Assembly (NCBI GenBank): GCA_964016885.1
Contig: OZ024747.1
Location: 58,404,001 to 58,468,000, forward strand
Direction: 5' to 3'
From: Eledone cirrhosa
Lineage: Eukaryota
Length of the DNA stretch: 64,000 nt
This document shows positions 28,984-43,911 of this stretch, piece after piece. The number at the start of each line of letters is the position of its first letter. The first letter of the stretch is position 1. The notes under the pieces are model-generated. The model ran no database searches and was not told the DNA's origin. It was given only the letters and a program-made list of their open reading frames with translations. Made by a program: the position numbers and the translations under genes.

Positions 28984-30449
28984 GACTGGAGTATGTATGT
29001 ATATATGTGTGTGTCTATACGTGTGTATATAAAGATAAGTTGAGTATGAAAATGTATACACATGAACGTGAATGTATGTACAGGTATATATGTGTGTATA
29101 TATATATGTATGCATGTGTATATGTATGTAAGTATGAGCATGTAAATATGTGAATGTGAGTATATGTATTTTGTAGAGGTGTGCATATATGTTTGTGTGT
29201 GAATGCGTGGGCGAAAGGATACGTACACTTGAAAGAAAAATTTAAGTCTGAATGTTAATTAAGTGCAAACACAAAACCAACCACGCATATCTATACTATC
29301 TCTAATCCTTCTATGGATTTAGAAAAATAACCAATAATATATTCTATAAAAATGTCAAAACAACAGATGGGAATCTAATTACTCACTGCCACCAAAAATT
29401 CCCACTGCTATCAAAAAACCACTCCCTCAACTATTCTTCTAACAACTTCACCCATTCCTCCTAATATTCTCTATAAAAACCAAACAGGTCCTCAGTAAAA
29501 TTATTCCGATAAAATGACAGTTGATAATAACATTGAAATATTGAATGTCTGCATAACTAATACTTTGTAGATAGCAGCTGTTTTCAGGTTATGTAACTGT
29601 TATAGAAACACGTGTCAATAAATTCCTTTTAACTAAACTGTATCCATTCAAATTTTTCTATATATATATATATATGTGTGTGTGTCTTTTGCAATTTCTT
29701 CGTTATATTTTTATAAATGAATATCTAAATTTAACGCCAAACGTATGGCCATTTGTCAAAATAATAATCTTCGATGTAGAATGCAGAAAGCTCAGTTCTT
29801 GAAACCGTAGTTATGCCAGTAATCTTTCGAAATGAATAATTCGTATTGAAATAAGGAAATAATTGCTACGCAGGGAAGAAATTTAGGAATGATTTATGTG
29901 ATATCAATATAGGGTACTTTCAACTCATACATTGTATCAATAAGATGCGTTCATCTCCCTTGAATATGTTATTTTTGTGAATGTATAGATTAGTGAACAT
30001 AATAACGTTACTAGAGTTATTAAAAAATATAAGCGGTGTGTATGTATGTATGTATAAATGCATGTATGTTATTTTATGTATATATGTATGAATAGATGTA
30101 TGAATTTTTATATGTATGCATGGATAGATCTATGTATGTATGGATGGATGTATATATGTATGTGTGTATGTATTTATGTATCTATGTATGGATATATAAT
30201 AGATGTATGTATGTATGGATGGATGGATGGTTTGAAGGACGGAAGTATGTACGGCTGTATATGTGTTTGTGCGTGTGTTTGTGTCAATATAAGAGAATAT
30301 TGGGAGAATTGTGGTGAATACATACTCAATCACGCACAAAGCCTCCCTTATGCACACACATATGCATAAAGATGATGTGTGTCTTGTGTGCATGTATCTC
30401 TGCGCATGTGTGTATATATTATCCGCACTAGTTACAGCTTGATCATTTG

Positions 30450-30615
30450 TAATCCAGTAAACTGACGCATGCTTAATCCGCGCCTTAGTTAACTCTCCTG
30501 CGCTGAATATGTTTTCTCGGATAGTAAACGTCGTGAAGCTAAGCTAGAATATATATTGTATTTCAGAATAAATTATCCTAGTTTTCGTTGTAATCCACCG
30601 TCGGCAGAGGGATTA
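30450..30615. promoter_or_regulatory. Cluster of four TAATCC/GGATTA (K50 homeodomain) sites, candidate enhancer
   Basis: TAATCC at 30450, 30474 and 30591; GGATTA at 30610; all in non-repetitive sequence. Confidence 0.3.
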
Positions 30616-31090
30616 ATGCTCAATAATAAATAGCAATTTTCTCCATTCGATAGAAGATACTCTATTGCCTACGTATATCAAATATAGATTGACTGATTTT
30701 AAATGCAGTGTGTGAATAGTATGGTTTTAGGAGTTTTAAAGTATATTCTCCTTAGATATATGCCTGGCCAATTATCACTGCAACTTTGGATTGGATAAAT
30801 CATAACAGACATAAATAATGGCCTTTTCACGAGTACTGAATGGCTTTTGACAATGTATATTAAATAGAGATTAGTTTGTTTTCAGAACTGTGTGGGTATT
30901 AGTTTGTTTTTCCTTGTTTAAAATAATATTTTTCCAAGATTTGCTTTCAATGAGATTGTGGATTGTAAAAATAAAACATGTTTCAGGAAATCAATGAATT
31001 ATCAGAGTAAATTGATTTTATAAAACTGTTCCATTTCAAAGATTAGTCGCAGCATTTCAGTGTTAATTAAAGTGTCATAACTATTGAATA

Positions 31091-32085
31091 TCTGGATATA
31101 TAAAATTAAGTATGTGTGTGTGCCTGTGTATTACCTATAGGGGCCTACATCTTACGACCGATTTTCATGAAACTTTACAGGCTCATAAAGTAGTCATTGG
31201 GGAGTGTTTTCTATATATCAGCGTATCGTTTTTTTTTATTCCTGGGTCATTCTGCAGATAAAAATCATGTTTTTTTAGGTATCGAAAATTTAGATTTTTG
31301 GCTCCCACATTTTGCCACCGATTTCGTTCAAATTTTAAAACAAAGTAGAATTTATCATTGCACATCCTGTAATGGCTTTATATTTTTCATTTGTTGTTCA
31401 GGGACGGCGTGGCAGCCGCTTAAATATTCAAAAATACCACTTTTAGACTGAAATTTCCACCGGCTCTAGCTCCCACATTAATCAACCTACTTTGTTCAAA
31501 TTTTGTTCAAATTTTACACTACGCTAGATCTGATTATTTCACGTCTAAAACTTGGTTTACATTTTGGAGTTTTTCTTCAGGAACGGCGTGGCAGCCGCTT
31601 AAATATTCGAAAATACCACCTTTTCGTTCAAATTTCCACCTTCTCGGCTCTAGCTCCCACATTTTTCAACCGTTTTCGTTCAAATTCGAAACTTCGGCTC
31701 CACCTCACACTTAAAACAATTTATTTGGTTCAACTTTTATACTACGATAGAACCTATCATTGCACATCTTATAGATGGTCAAAGGCAAAACGATGGCCAC
31801 TGATGTCGTCTGAGCTTTTAGTTGTGTATTTGAGAATTCATCGGTTTCCAATCAAGTAGTGTGAGGAAATTTGGCTTAGTGTTAGTAGTCATTACCTCCC
31901 TCCCCCAGCATGCCACTTCGTCAGTCACCCGCGTTTCTCAGTGATAGAGGTCAGCACCACCCTCCCCCGCATGGCCTGTGTGTGGCCATAGATGAGTCAT
32001 CGAGAAGCAGTCGCTAAGATCAACAACTTTTCATCAAAGCAGATATTATTTTACCTACCCAGGCAATGCTGGGTACTGCTGCTAG
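31091..32085 (+). mobile_element. Non-autonomous Helitron
   Basis: A|TC...CTAG|T insertion. 5' tc.g.atatataaaa plus (TG)n plus accgattttcatgaaacttt; 3' hairpin cccaggcaatgctggg (32058-32073); internal duplicated units at about 31401-31480 and 31580-31665. Confidence 0.75.
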
Positions 32086-32155
32086 TATATATATATATAT
32101 ATATATGTTCATATACACGCATACACACACATACGTGCACACACACACACACACA

Positions 32156-32229
<74 letters not shown>

Positions 32230-32260
32230 ATAAGCGTAATCTGAGATTTTCAAATATAGA

Positions 32261-32851
32261 TAATAATATTCGATTCGCTTGCAATTATGCAAACAATCTC
32301 TTTACAGCCTTGTTAGAAGTATGACACCGTCTTTCTTGTGCTTGTGTTGGCATGTTGACAGAACTACTGACACTAATGTTTTGGGGTGATTACTCTTTAT
32401 CAGTACAGTTTACTGCTTACCTGCCAACTGTTAGAGCTAGTGAAAAAATATATTTTCTAAAGTAGACAGTGACTGATCGGCCTCATTTGTATATTAGCAG
32501 ACTGCCAGATCAGTCAGATGCGCATATTTGCAGACCCACTGATCAGCCAGATTTGCATATCAACAGATAGGCCAGTCAGTTTCATGTAAACGGGCGATTA
32601 ATCGCTGGTTTTGCCATATTCAAATAACAAACAAATAGTTTATCGCTCTACATTGCTGAATACAATAAATGTAATGAGTTTTTCGAATATTAGTAATAAT
32701 ATTCGATTCATTTGCAATTCTGCAAACAGCCTTTTTAAAGCCATGTCAGTAGAATGAACAACTTCATTCTTGCTCTTGTGTTGGCATGCAGACAGAACTA
32801 CAGACACTAATGTTTCTGCTGATTACCCTTCATCAGTACCCTATACAGCTT
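32261..32851 (-). mobile_element. Tandem diverged 160-bp direct repeats (32261-32419, 32694-32851), each with an HHR-like motif
   Basis: Copy 2 minus: CTGATGA-agggtaatcagca-GAAAC ATTAGT GTC (32799-32839). Copy 1: CTGATAA...AAAAC ATTAGT GTC. Confidence 0.65.
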
Positions 32852-33719
32852 ATATATGAAAGCGTGTAACACGAAAACTGCTCGATTTGTTTTAATTAAC
32901 TTGGTCAATTATTCAACTTCAGTTATTCCTGCGTATAATTGTTCAATTAATTTTGATGAACTCTCAACAATATATATTTGCCCTACATATAACAAACCTC
33001 GGCCTTCGGAAATTTGGCAATTGTTGTAGATTTTTTTTTTCTGAATGTTTTTTGTCATAGACAATACCAATACGATATTGAATGATATTGAGTGTTCCAG
33101 CAGTTTGCAAATTTACATTGTGGCATTCAAAATCCCATCTCAATTTACTTCACTAATTCTATATTATGGCGATTTTTTCCTTGTGAATAAAGTGATAAAC
33201 ATTATATAATCGATTCGTATTTTGCTGAATCGCGAAACTGCGTTTAAATGCCAGCATTCACTATTATAGCTTGGATAGATGGTAGCCTTTGTTCAAATAT
33301 TCCTAACAAAATACCCATTTAAGTGGGAGTGTTTGCTTTCTTAACACAAACATAATTGTCACTATATGCTGATATCTCACTTGGACAGGAATCCATAGCA
33401 TTATATAAGAATATGCTGGAAACGTAACGTTTTGGTGTGTCCACAATAATATTATATACATAAAGGAAGAATGGATATCTAAGAATGGAAAAAGAATCGG
33501 AAAACATATTATCACCCATGAGTCATAAAAATCATATCACAAACATATCACACACTTGCTGAAACTCCTATAATGACAAAAATGATCGGTGTGACTTTTA
33601 AACAAGCATCTTCATGAAATTAACTAAACTAAGCCAAACAAAAGTCTGAATGAGGTTGGATTATATCCCGTTTTGTGGGAGGGAGAGTGTGGTAGATGCG
33701 TGTCTGTTCATCATTATCC

Positions 33720-33830
33720 CCAGGGAAGGATGCAATTCTCCCGCAGTTATCTCTTAATTTCTGTTGGTATTCATTTCTTTACTGGGTGGAACGGAAGAAT
33801 GCGAAACAAATTGTCTTGTCTAAGGACATT
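33720..33830 (-). mobile_element. Old SINE core fragment (MetaSINE/CORE-like)
   Basis: ggtattcattt.tttactgggtggaacgga...tgtcttgtctaaggaca resembles the reverse of widespread metazoan SINE cores (from recall). Confidence 0.4.
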
Positions 33831-33968
33831 CAGATTGTAAATTTAACATAGAATCTCAACAAACCACGCACTCACATAAAATGTGGCATGGTGAGTTACC
33901 ATTTATTTTTCTCGGTTGTGGTTGTATTCATATTTACTAAATATTTCAAATCATCATTATTCTAAATA

Positions 33969-34497
33969 GGGCGGTGGATTGGCAGTATCGGGAGTGGGTC
34001 GGACGCCATGCTTTGACGCATAGAGTTACGGCCCTTACCATTCTGAGTTCAAATCCCGCCGAGGTTAACTCTGCTTTCATCTTTACGGGGTCGATCAAAT
34101 AAAGTACCAGTAATGCACTGGATGATTGCTGGCCTTGTACCAAAAGTAGAAACAATTATTCTAAATAGAGTTAACCTCGGAATTCAAATCCCGCCGTGTT
34201 TATCTTTGCCTTTCATCCTTTCAAGGTGGATAAAATAAAGCACTAAAGTAATGCACTGTGGTAATTACTGGTCTTGTGCCACAAGTATAAATAATTATTT
34301 TAAATAGAGAGTTGTGGATTAGGAGTATAGCTGTGTGTCGCACAATATGCTTTCAAGTATAGAGTTACGGTCTTCTACGTTCTTATTTCAAATCCCCCCT
34401 TTTATCATTACGAGGTCGATCAAATAAAGTCCCAGTAACAAGCTGCTGCTGATGTAATCGATTTTCTCCTCACCCCAAATTGTTGGCCTTGTGCATT
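33969..34497 (+). mobile_element. Three tandem tRNA-SINE family 1 copies
   Basis: Copies at 33969-34154, about 34168-34290 and about 34310-34497; junctions share attatt(c/t)taaatag. Confidence 0.8.
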
Positions 34498-34744
34498 GGT
34501 TACATTGGTAGACTTGTTAATGGCTCGGATGAAATCAGTGATTTGGTTTCAAAATCTACCGAAGTCAAATTCTTACTTCACCATTACGTGTTCAATAAAA
34601 TAGAATACCATATAATTATATATATATATATATATACGTGTAGAGTTATATATACTTATGTATTTATATATACCTGTATGTATATGACATATCACTATGT
34701 ATGAATATATATACCTATATATATATATATGTGTGTCTGTATGC

Positions 34745-34808
<64 letters not shown>

Positions 34809-35195
34809 ATACATACACATACATCTACATACATCTACATATATATGGTTATACTGTTGCAAATATAGATGTACATCAAGTTTATTCAAGCGTACACATA
34901 GTCGATCGAAGCATGTTTCATGTATAAACACCAATCTACATGTGATTAATCTATTGAATTTATATGCAAGTTATTATGAAGTTAAACATGGGAATTACCC
35001 ACAGCGTCTGATGATGCATAGATTCAGTAATTTGATTTTTTTCACCGAAGGTGATTAGATTAAAATGTATGTTAGGCATGACTAGTTTCTCAAGTTATGT
35101 CGTTCGGTTTGCTTATAATCACATTACATCTTCCACGTGTCTTTTCTAAAACCCGCCGACACCTTAAACACGCCGTCGTCGACATCCTCGCTAAC

Positions 35196-35197
<2 letters not shown>

Positions 35198-35277
<80 letters not shown>

Positions 35278-35281
35278 TAAT
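35198..35281. repeat. (AAT)n/(GAT) trinucleotide microsatellite
   Basis: Directly visible run. Confidence 0.95.
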
Positions 35282-35783
35282 AGCCGTGAATGATGAGCAT
35301 CATCGCAAAAACAACAGCAATAACAGAAATAGGATAAAGGTAATATTTCTCTACCTTTAAGAAGTGCCAAATGGGAGGATATTCCTTCTAGCTAATGTGA
35401 GAGAAAGCGGTCGTTCCGTATGGAAATAGTAATATATTGAATAACTGTTTTGTCTTGAAGCATAAAGTAATACAAACCTGATGTTCCAGCGAATAATAGC
35501 ATTTGCACAAATTGTTGCATAAATACACTGAACTACATTGTACAGTTATTTCAACACACTACATAAAACCACTAATGTAGAATTTACAAACCAAAGAAAA
35601 AGTTTCAATTCATTCTATTCCTCCTGATCAAAATATTAAACATCTCTCTCAAATTACAACATTCTATCTTAAAAAGAAAGTAAGGTCACAATGTATAAAA
35701 GCGTGCTAGATATCAGCAAAAATAAAATGTTCCACCGGATAGAACGTCTATAATTAAAGAACTCTTTTCGCAATACCTTAGAG

Positions 35784-36082
35784 CAGAGTTCCTCAATAGG
35801 GCCTCTACCGCCCCTAAACACCCTGCCTAGGGGGGCGATGATGAATCCGACAGTGGCGCTGTGGCCTAAGGGTGTAGTGAGAGGAGGTAGAGATGAGATA
35901 ATAGTATATTAAATATCAAATGATACATAATATATTTATTATATATAAATTAACGGTTTTATTTATTATATATTATTCACAAATTTGCTTGTAGGCAGGT
36001 CTCTCTGGAAATAGTGATGGTGGAGCGGAGGATATTACGTGGCCGTGAGGAGAGCGTTGGCCGAAATATTTGAGAACATATG
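35784..36082. mobile_element. hAT (Charlie-type) MITE
   Basis: Imperfect TIRs cagagttcctcaa / ttgagaacatatg; 8-bp TSD-like ccttagag / ggttagag. Confidence 0.6.
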
Positions 36083-36376
36083 GGTTAGAGCTAAGCTAGG
36101 GCTAAACACCCTGATATCCAAACTGTCTGTTGCATAATGTATACGATATACAAAACAATAGCAGGAGGTTCCAAAAGACATTATTCATTATAGATCAAAT
36201 CTATCAAAAGAGATTGTACAGAGACATTTCACTCTCTTATTGAAGGTGTCTTATCTAGTCATTCACAAATGTAACGTCTCCCGCCGATTAGATTAAAGTT
36301 CTTCGCTAAACGTTCTCATTCACTAAATTAATTACACACACAGACACATACAGAAGCACACTTACATATACACACA

Positions 36377-36477
<101 letters not shown>

Positions 36478-36479
36478 TT

Positions 36480-36687
36480 TTTTTTTATTTTATAGAAGGA
36501 GCTTCTACAGGACTAGTACTGTTTCATTCAGATGAAATCTTCAGGAAGCAGCTCCCTGAAGATTTCATCTGAATGAAACAGTACTAGTCCTGTAGAAGCT
36601 CCTTCTATAAAATAAAAAAATTTTACTCTGCCATGTATTGAGTACCTTACTTACTGTGGTTATCCCCGACTCAACCCAGGACCTACG

Positions 36688-36688
<1 letters not shown>
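36480..36688. mobile_element. PLE pLTR family C palindrome (36480-36545 / 36555-36620) with two divergent hammerheads
   Basis: Minus 36501-36549: GCUUC-CUGAAGA-UUUC AUCU GAAU-GAAACAG UACUAGUC CUGU-A-GAAGC. Plus 36551-36599 is identical except for one stem I mismatch. Confidence 0.9.
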
Positions 36689-36718
<30 letters not shown>

Positions 36719-36732
36719 TCAAACACACACAC

Positions 36733-36829
<97 letters not shown>

Positions 36830-37014
36830 AATATTTTTCTTACGATTAAGATTTCACTAGTACGAAGTCTATTGAAACATTAGTGACTTAAACGTAACAC
36901 AGAACGTTCCAAATAATATATACACTATACTTAAGTACATAGTAATAATTTGAGTAATCGTCTTACTGGACTTAACTGGTAGCATCTAATAATCTCTTTC
37001 TATCTCACACTTTA

Positions 37015-38237
<1,223 letters not shown>

Positions 38238-38561
38238 AAACTAATTCATCGCCGCTATGTATATATATACATTTATATATATATATACATTTATATATAT
38301 ATATACATTTATATATATATATACATTTATATATATATATACATGTATATATATATATATACATTTATATATATATATACATTTATGTATATATATACAT
38401 TTATGTATATATATACATTTATGTATATATATACATTTATATATATATATACATTTATATATATACATTTATATATATATATACATTTATATATATATAT
38501 ATATACATGTATATATATATATACATTTATATATATATATACATTTATATATACATATACA

Positions 38562-38653
<92 letters not shown>

Positions 38654-39112
38654 GGAGGAGAGGGAGATAGAGGATGTTGGATGCGCAAGCGCAGAAAATA
38701 ACTGCGAGTACGCTCAATTTCCCGGATTGAAGCATAGTCTCCGTCAGCAAGATACCTTTTCCGAACATGTGCCTCGGAGTAGGACGTTCTAGAGGCAAAT
38801 CCCATGGGTATTTTACCTAAATTTTACCCATTTAGCATCTACATGATTTGTGGTAGGAGGTGTTGTATATTGAAGCATATACAACATGTTTATTTATAAT
38901 AATCATTCTTTTAGCCTTACTATGATCTAAACAGTTATCAGGTCACAGATAGCAACACAGATAGCAACAAAGGGAGAGCACCGTGACGACACATATGTAC
39001 GAAGCAAACCCAGCTGTGACTATGCAAACACGATTTTCTTGGCATTAAACCTCCTGGTAACCATATCAGAGATAATTGTATATTGCACATGCATACACAT
39101 CTGCATATATAT

Positions 39113-39272
39113 ATCCTTTATACTCTTCCCTTCATTCTACACATCTCACACATCTTATACACACCACGCATCTCAGCGTACACCCACTTACATCTCTCTC
39201 TCCACCACCGGACCTTGTTAACCGGAGATTTACCCATTTGAATTGTCGAGGCTTCCAAACGACATAAAGATA
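39113..39272 (+). repeat. Second copy of the 10780-10934 pLTR segment
   Basis: acgcatctca.cgtacacccacttacatctctctctccaccaccgga...gtcgaggcttccaaacgac is shared. Confidence 0.8.
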
Positions 39273-39312
39273 TTTACTTATTGTTCCACAATGCTTCAAA
39301 CAAACTTCAATA

Positions 39313-39358
<46 letters not shown>

Positions 39359-40138
39359 GGTGGGTGGGTGTGGGTGGGGGGTGTTAACGAGGTTATATGG
39401 AATATTCGCTACAATTCCATTCTCTCACAATTACATGCTCAATAAGATATGGTTTTGAACCTATGTCGAGCAGAACTTGTCTCAGAGTGGTAACCAAGTG
39501 TATATTCGTAATGTGGCATTCATGTTAATAATAATGATAATAATAATTGTTTCTACTTCAGGCACAAGGCCAGCAATTTGAAGGAGAGGTAAAAGTCGAT
39601 TAAATCGATCCCAGTGCATATCTACATTTATCTGTGAGTGAGTGTGTGTGTGTATATACATATATATTGCTGAGAAGGAGGGCTTGAATGTACGTGTGAG
39701 TGTTTATATTACTGAAAGATAAAGATGAACACTAAATGAATAATATATCAGACAGTGGATGTTGGAAGCAATAAAAACCTAATATTAAATATGTGACAAA
39801 AATATTTACTTTCAGTCAAAGTCCATAATCATAAATACACAAAATATCTATAAAATTGTACTTAACCCGTAATTGAAACGGTTAGAAAAAACAATGAGTA
39901 ATTTGTAATGTAAAGGACATGATAGGATAAAATGATTGGTCATTAATGACAAAGGGGGATACGACATAAACATTTAAAATATATTAGTTCATGAGAAAAT
40001 ATTTAAAGATAATACGAATCACATTTTTTTTTTCTACGAAATAATAAAAAAAAAAAAAAATCTAATAGAATATTTTTGTTGTTGCCATTTTGAACATATT
40101 CAAACCTGATAGAGTAGATCTATGAAAATGTTGTTTAA

Positions 40139-40308
40139 ATATATGTATAGGAAATATATATGTATAGGAAATATATATGTATAGGAAATATATATGTATA
40201 GGAAATATATATGTATAGGAAATATATATGTATAGGAAATATATATGTATAGGAAATATATATGTATAGGAAATATATATGTATAGGAAATATATATGTA
40301 TAGGAAAT
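40139..40308. repeat. 18-bp minisatellite (atatgtataggaaatata), about 9 copies
   Basis: Directly visible near-perfect tandem array. Confidence 0.95.
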
Positions 40309-40617
40309 TTGTAGGAATTTGTAGAAAAATAACAAATTTCTACAATTTTAACACTTGATGACACAATATTTATGAGTATATATATATTTATATGTATAAG
40401 TATGTTTGTGTGTATATATGTATAAGTATGTCTGTGTATATATATATATATATATTTATATAGACATATATACATACATACTATATATATGTGTATGTAT
40501 TATATATATATAGTATATATATATGCATATATATATATCTATTACTTATGTATATATATATATATATATATATATTAGCATATATATATATCTATTACTT
40601 ATGTATATTAGTATATA

Positions 40618-40801
40618 GGCGGCGGATTGGCAGTATCGGTAGAGGGTCAGACGCCATGCTTTCCAGCATAGTTACGTCCCTTTATGATCTGAGTTCAAAT
40701 CCCGCCGAGGTTAACTTTGCCTTTCATCCTTACGGGGTCGATAAAATAAAGTACCAGTAATGCACTGGATTAATTGCTGGCCTTGTGCCTAAAGTAGAAA
40801 C
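40618..40801 (+). mobile_element. tRNA-SINE family 1, full length
   Basis: ggcggcggattggcagtatcggtagag...gagttcaaatcccg...aaagtagaaac. Confidence 0.9.
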
Positions 40802-40848
40802 ACTTATGTATATTAGTATATATATATATATATATATATCATTTACAT

Positions 40849-40880
<32 letters not shown>

Positions 40881-40906
40881 CATTTACACACACATATTTA
40901 TTTATT

Positions 40907-40939
<33 letters not shown>

Positions 40940-41038
40940 GTCTGTGTGTGTGTGTGTGTGTGTCAGGTAGTTCCGAAGGAAAAGCAAAGGGAAGAAAAGG
41001 AAAAAAGAGTGCTCTATGTATAACACAGAGCTATTTAA

Positions 41039-41240
41039 TTAGAAAGTGAACAACACAAAATATAACTACTCCATTACCAACGGTTTCTGGATCCCAGGCA
41101 ATATTAATATACGTCTGGACCTGTCATCAGACAGATGTTATCTTCTCTGTCTGATTACGGATCCAGACGTATAATAATATTGTCTGGGTTCCCAAAAACT
41201 TTCGTAATGGAGTACTTATATTTTGTGTTTGACACTTTCT

Positions 41241-41242
<2 letters not shown>
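41039..41242. mobile_element. Diverged fold-back pLTR (41039-41135 / 41146-41242) with HHR at 41070-41135 (-)
   Basis: UCUGU-CUGAUGA-long stem II (gguccagac...gccugggaucc)-GAAACC guu GGU-A-AUGGA; the mirror arm is degenerate. Confidence 0.7.
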
Positions 41243-41292
<50 letters not shown>

Positions 41293-41338
41293 TATAAATA
41301 TTAATAAAATATATGTTCTTTTGATCAATTGAATGTTA

Positions 41339-41380
41339 TTATACATATTTCAGAGGTACAACAGTATGTCCTCATCAGAC
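41339..41380 (-). ncRNA. Possible minimal hammerhead
   Basis: CTGATGA-GGACA tactgt TGTaCC tct-GAAA TATGTA T-A; stems imperfect. Confidence 0.4.
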
Positions 41381-41572
41381 AAAATATAATGATACATGAC
41401 ATACCATGAGATGTTAAATGGTTAAAACTACCTTGATTAAATCTTAACCATTTAACATTAGTATTTTAATATTAATAACTCTGGAAAATTACTTTTTGTA
41501 GAGTGCTTCCAATCTACTGTACAACTCATTCTTTGATGTACTCATTGAATCTTGTTTAACTCTTTAATATAT

Positions 41573-41696
41573 ATGATTTCTAATGAATGAAACAGTTCTA
41601 GTCCTGTAGAATCTCATCTATATTAAAACTTTTATACTCTGCTATGTATTGAGTACCTTACTTACTGTGGTTACCTCCGATTCAACCCGGAATAAC

Positions 41697-41698
<2 letters not shown>
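41573..41698 (+). mobile_element. Family C pLTR, truncated inside the HHR core
   Basis: Begins atgatttc...gaaacagttctagtcctgtagaat; matches the reverse complement of 6841-6966. Confidence 0.85.
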
Positions 41699-41740
<42 letters not shown>

Positions 41741-42246
41741 CCTGTCTACGTGAAATAATTCTGAGACCTTCCTGTTCCGCTGTTTGAACATTTAGATCAC
41801 TCATGGAAAGCGATGGCATCACAACACCCAATATTTTCTCCTTTTGTATCCCTGTCTTTCTATTCCATCACTCTTGTATTCCTTTCGTTCATATGATGGA
41901 GTACACACTACTTTCTTTTAGAAGACTTCTACATTCATCATATGACCGAGCTTTGACACCTATTTTATTGATGATTGTATTTAGGATGAAAGTATCTAGG
42001 GCTTTACAAATACCAGTTGTCGCTTGAGTGCATATTTCCTCAATATATTTTCCTTTAAGAATAGGGCCGACCATTCCACTGATTTTAAACGGTTACACAT
42101 ATTGCACCAAGATGAATAAAATACATAGATTTGTGGACATATTTGCATGCGGGAGAGTTTGTGCGCACGCATATTCACACACATATATATATATAATATA
42201 TAAATGTATGTATATGAGTGTGTGTGAGTATATATACATATATATA

Positions 42247-42293
<47 letters not shown>

Positions 42294-42351
42294 GTGTGTG
42301 TGTGTGTGTGTGCGTGTGTGTGTGTGAGTGTGAGTGTGTGTGTGTGAGTAT

Positions 42352-42416
<65 letters not shown>

Positions 42417-43036
42417 GGGAGACGTGAGGATTGATAGATAAGCCGTTGCATGCATGGATAATTAGAGATGCGCAATGAAACTAATTCGATTTTATGTCAA
42501 AGAAATTTGAGAAATGTTTCTTCTCTTTTACCTTAGATTCTGTTAATCGTCTCTTCGTTTTGTCAATGTTTAAATCTACTGAGTGAATGAATTGATCTAT
42601 TTCATACAAATGTTGACAGGCAGTTTGAGGTCTATGAGGATAACGTCCTGTTTCTAAGAATTGGCCACTCACCTATTCATTAAACACTTGTTCTCGACAG
42701 GTCACAAGTTATGTGATAACGAATGTCACAACTGAGTTGTATAACCAATCAGGACATTATCTCCGTTTCAGAAGAAGGCTTTTGTGTTTGAAGGGTCTAG
42801 GAGAAGAATGTTGTTGGCTTGGTAAAATGAAGTACGTTGACATAAATGTGTGAATGCACATGACGAGAAGAATATGTGTTGACGTGAGTGGAATGTATAC
42901 ACACATGTGTGGATTTTGCATTCCATTACTATGGTTGTGACAAGTAAACATCAAACAAATTTCCTCCAAAACAAACCACTGTGATTTTGATTGGGCAAAT
43001 GCACATTGGCCGAATGTATATATGGATTGTATATAT

Positions 43037-43216
43037 GGATTGGCAGTATCGGTAGAGCATAAGACACCAAGCTTTGCAGCATAGAGTAATGGCGTTTTAA
43101 GTTGTAAGTCCAAATCCCGCCGAGGTTAATTTTGTCTTTCATCATTACGGAGTCGATAAACAAAGAACCAGTAATTCCCTGGTATAATTGCTGGCCTTAT
43201 GCCAAAAGTAGAAACA
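43037..43216 (+). mobile_element. tRNA-SINE family 1
   Basis: ggattggcagtatcggtagag...aaatcccgccgaggttaa...aaagtagaaac. Confidence 0.85.
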
Positions 43217-43414
43217 ATTATATAAACTACAACTATATTCAAATGTATAGGAAAAACAAACGCTAGGCGTGGATTATAAAAGAGAGGTGGAGAATGTTAC
43301 TGTAACCCATACAAGGACCATGTTGAGGAAAATACTTTGGTAAGCAATCTTGTATGATTTTTGTTTGTACACTGATCTACACAAACGAATTTTATTCATA
43401 AATATATTAATATA

Positions 43415-43490
<76 letters not shown>

Positions 43491-43532
43491 ATGTTCAAGA
43501 CCCCGACGGCAGAGATCAAGCAGTTTCGACGG

Positions 43533-43576
<44 letters not shown>

Positions 43577-43911
43577 CTTGTATATCTTGCATTACAGAAT
43601 ATTGCATCATCTGGTGTCATCTGGAAATGGCTGGAGCATTTTAGCCCATGTAATACCGTCGGGTGTAATGATTCACAAAAGATGTTATGACTGTAAATAT
43701 TACGTCCTTCTTTCAAATCATTTCGGGTTGAACTTTGCCTTCCACCATTCTAAGGTCGACAAAATGAGATACAGGCAGGTATTACCATACATTTATTTCT
43801 TATCACACCACAAAGTCATTTCAGTTTTCGAATTCTCTACACTTTTACGAAATATATACTTGACGCTCCTCAAGACTCCAAATAATTTCATATGTTTTTA
43901 TATACAAATAA

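Noticed and set aside
40139-40308. Regular short repeats resembling a CRISPR array
   Set aside because: No unique spacers and a eukaryotic context; simple minisatellite.
42673-42797. Minus-strand segment bounded by ctcctag and ag/gtgagt, exon-like
   Set aside because: Stops in all three frames; a non-coding exon cannot be supported without transcripts.
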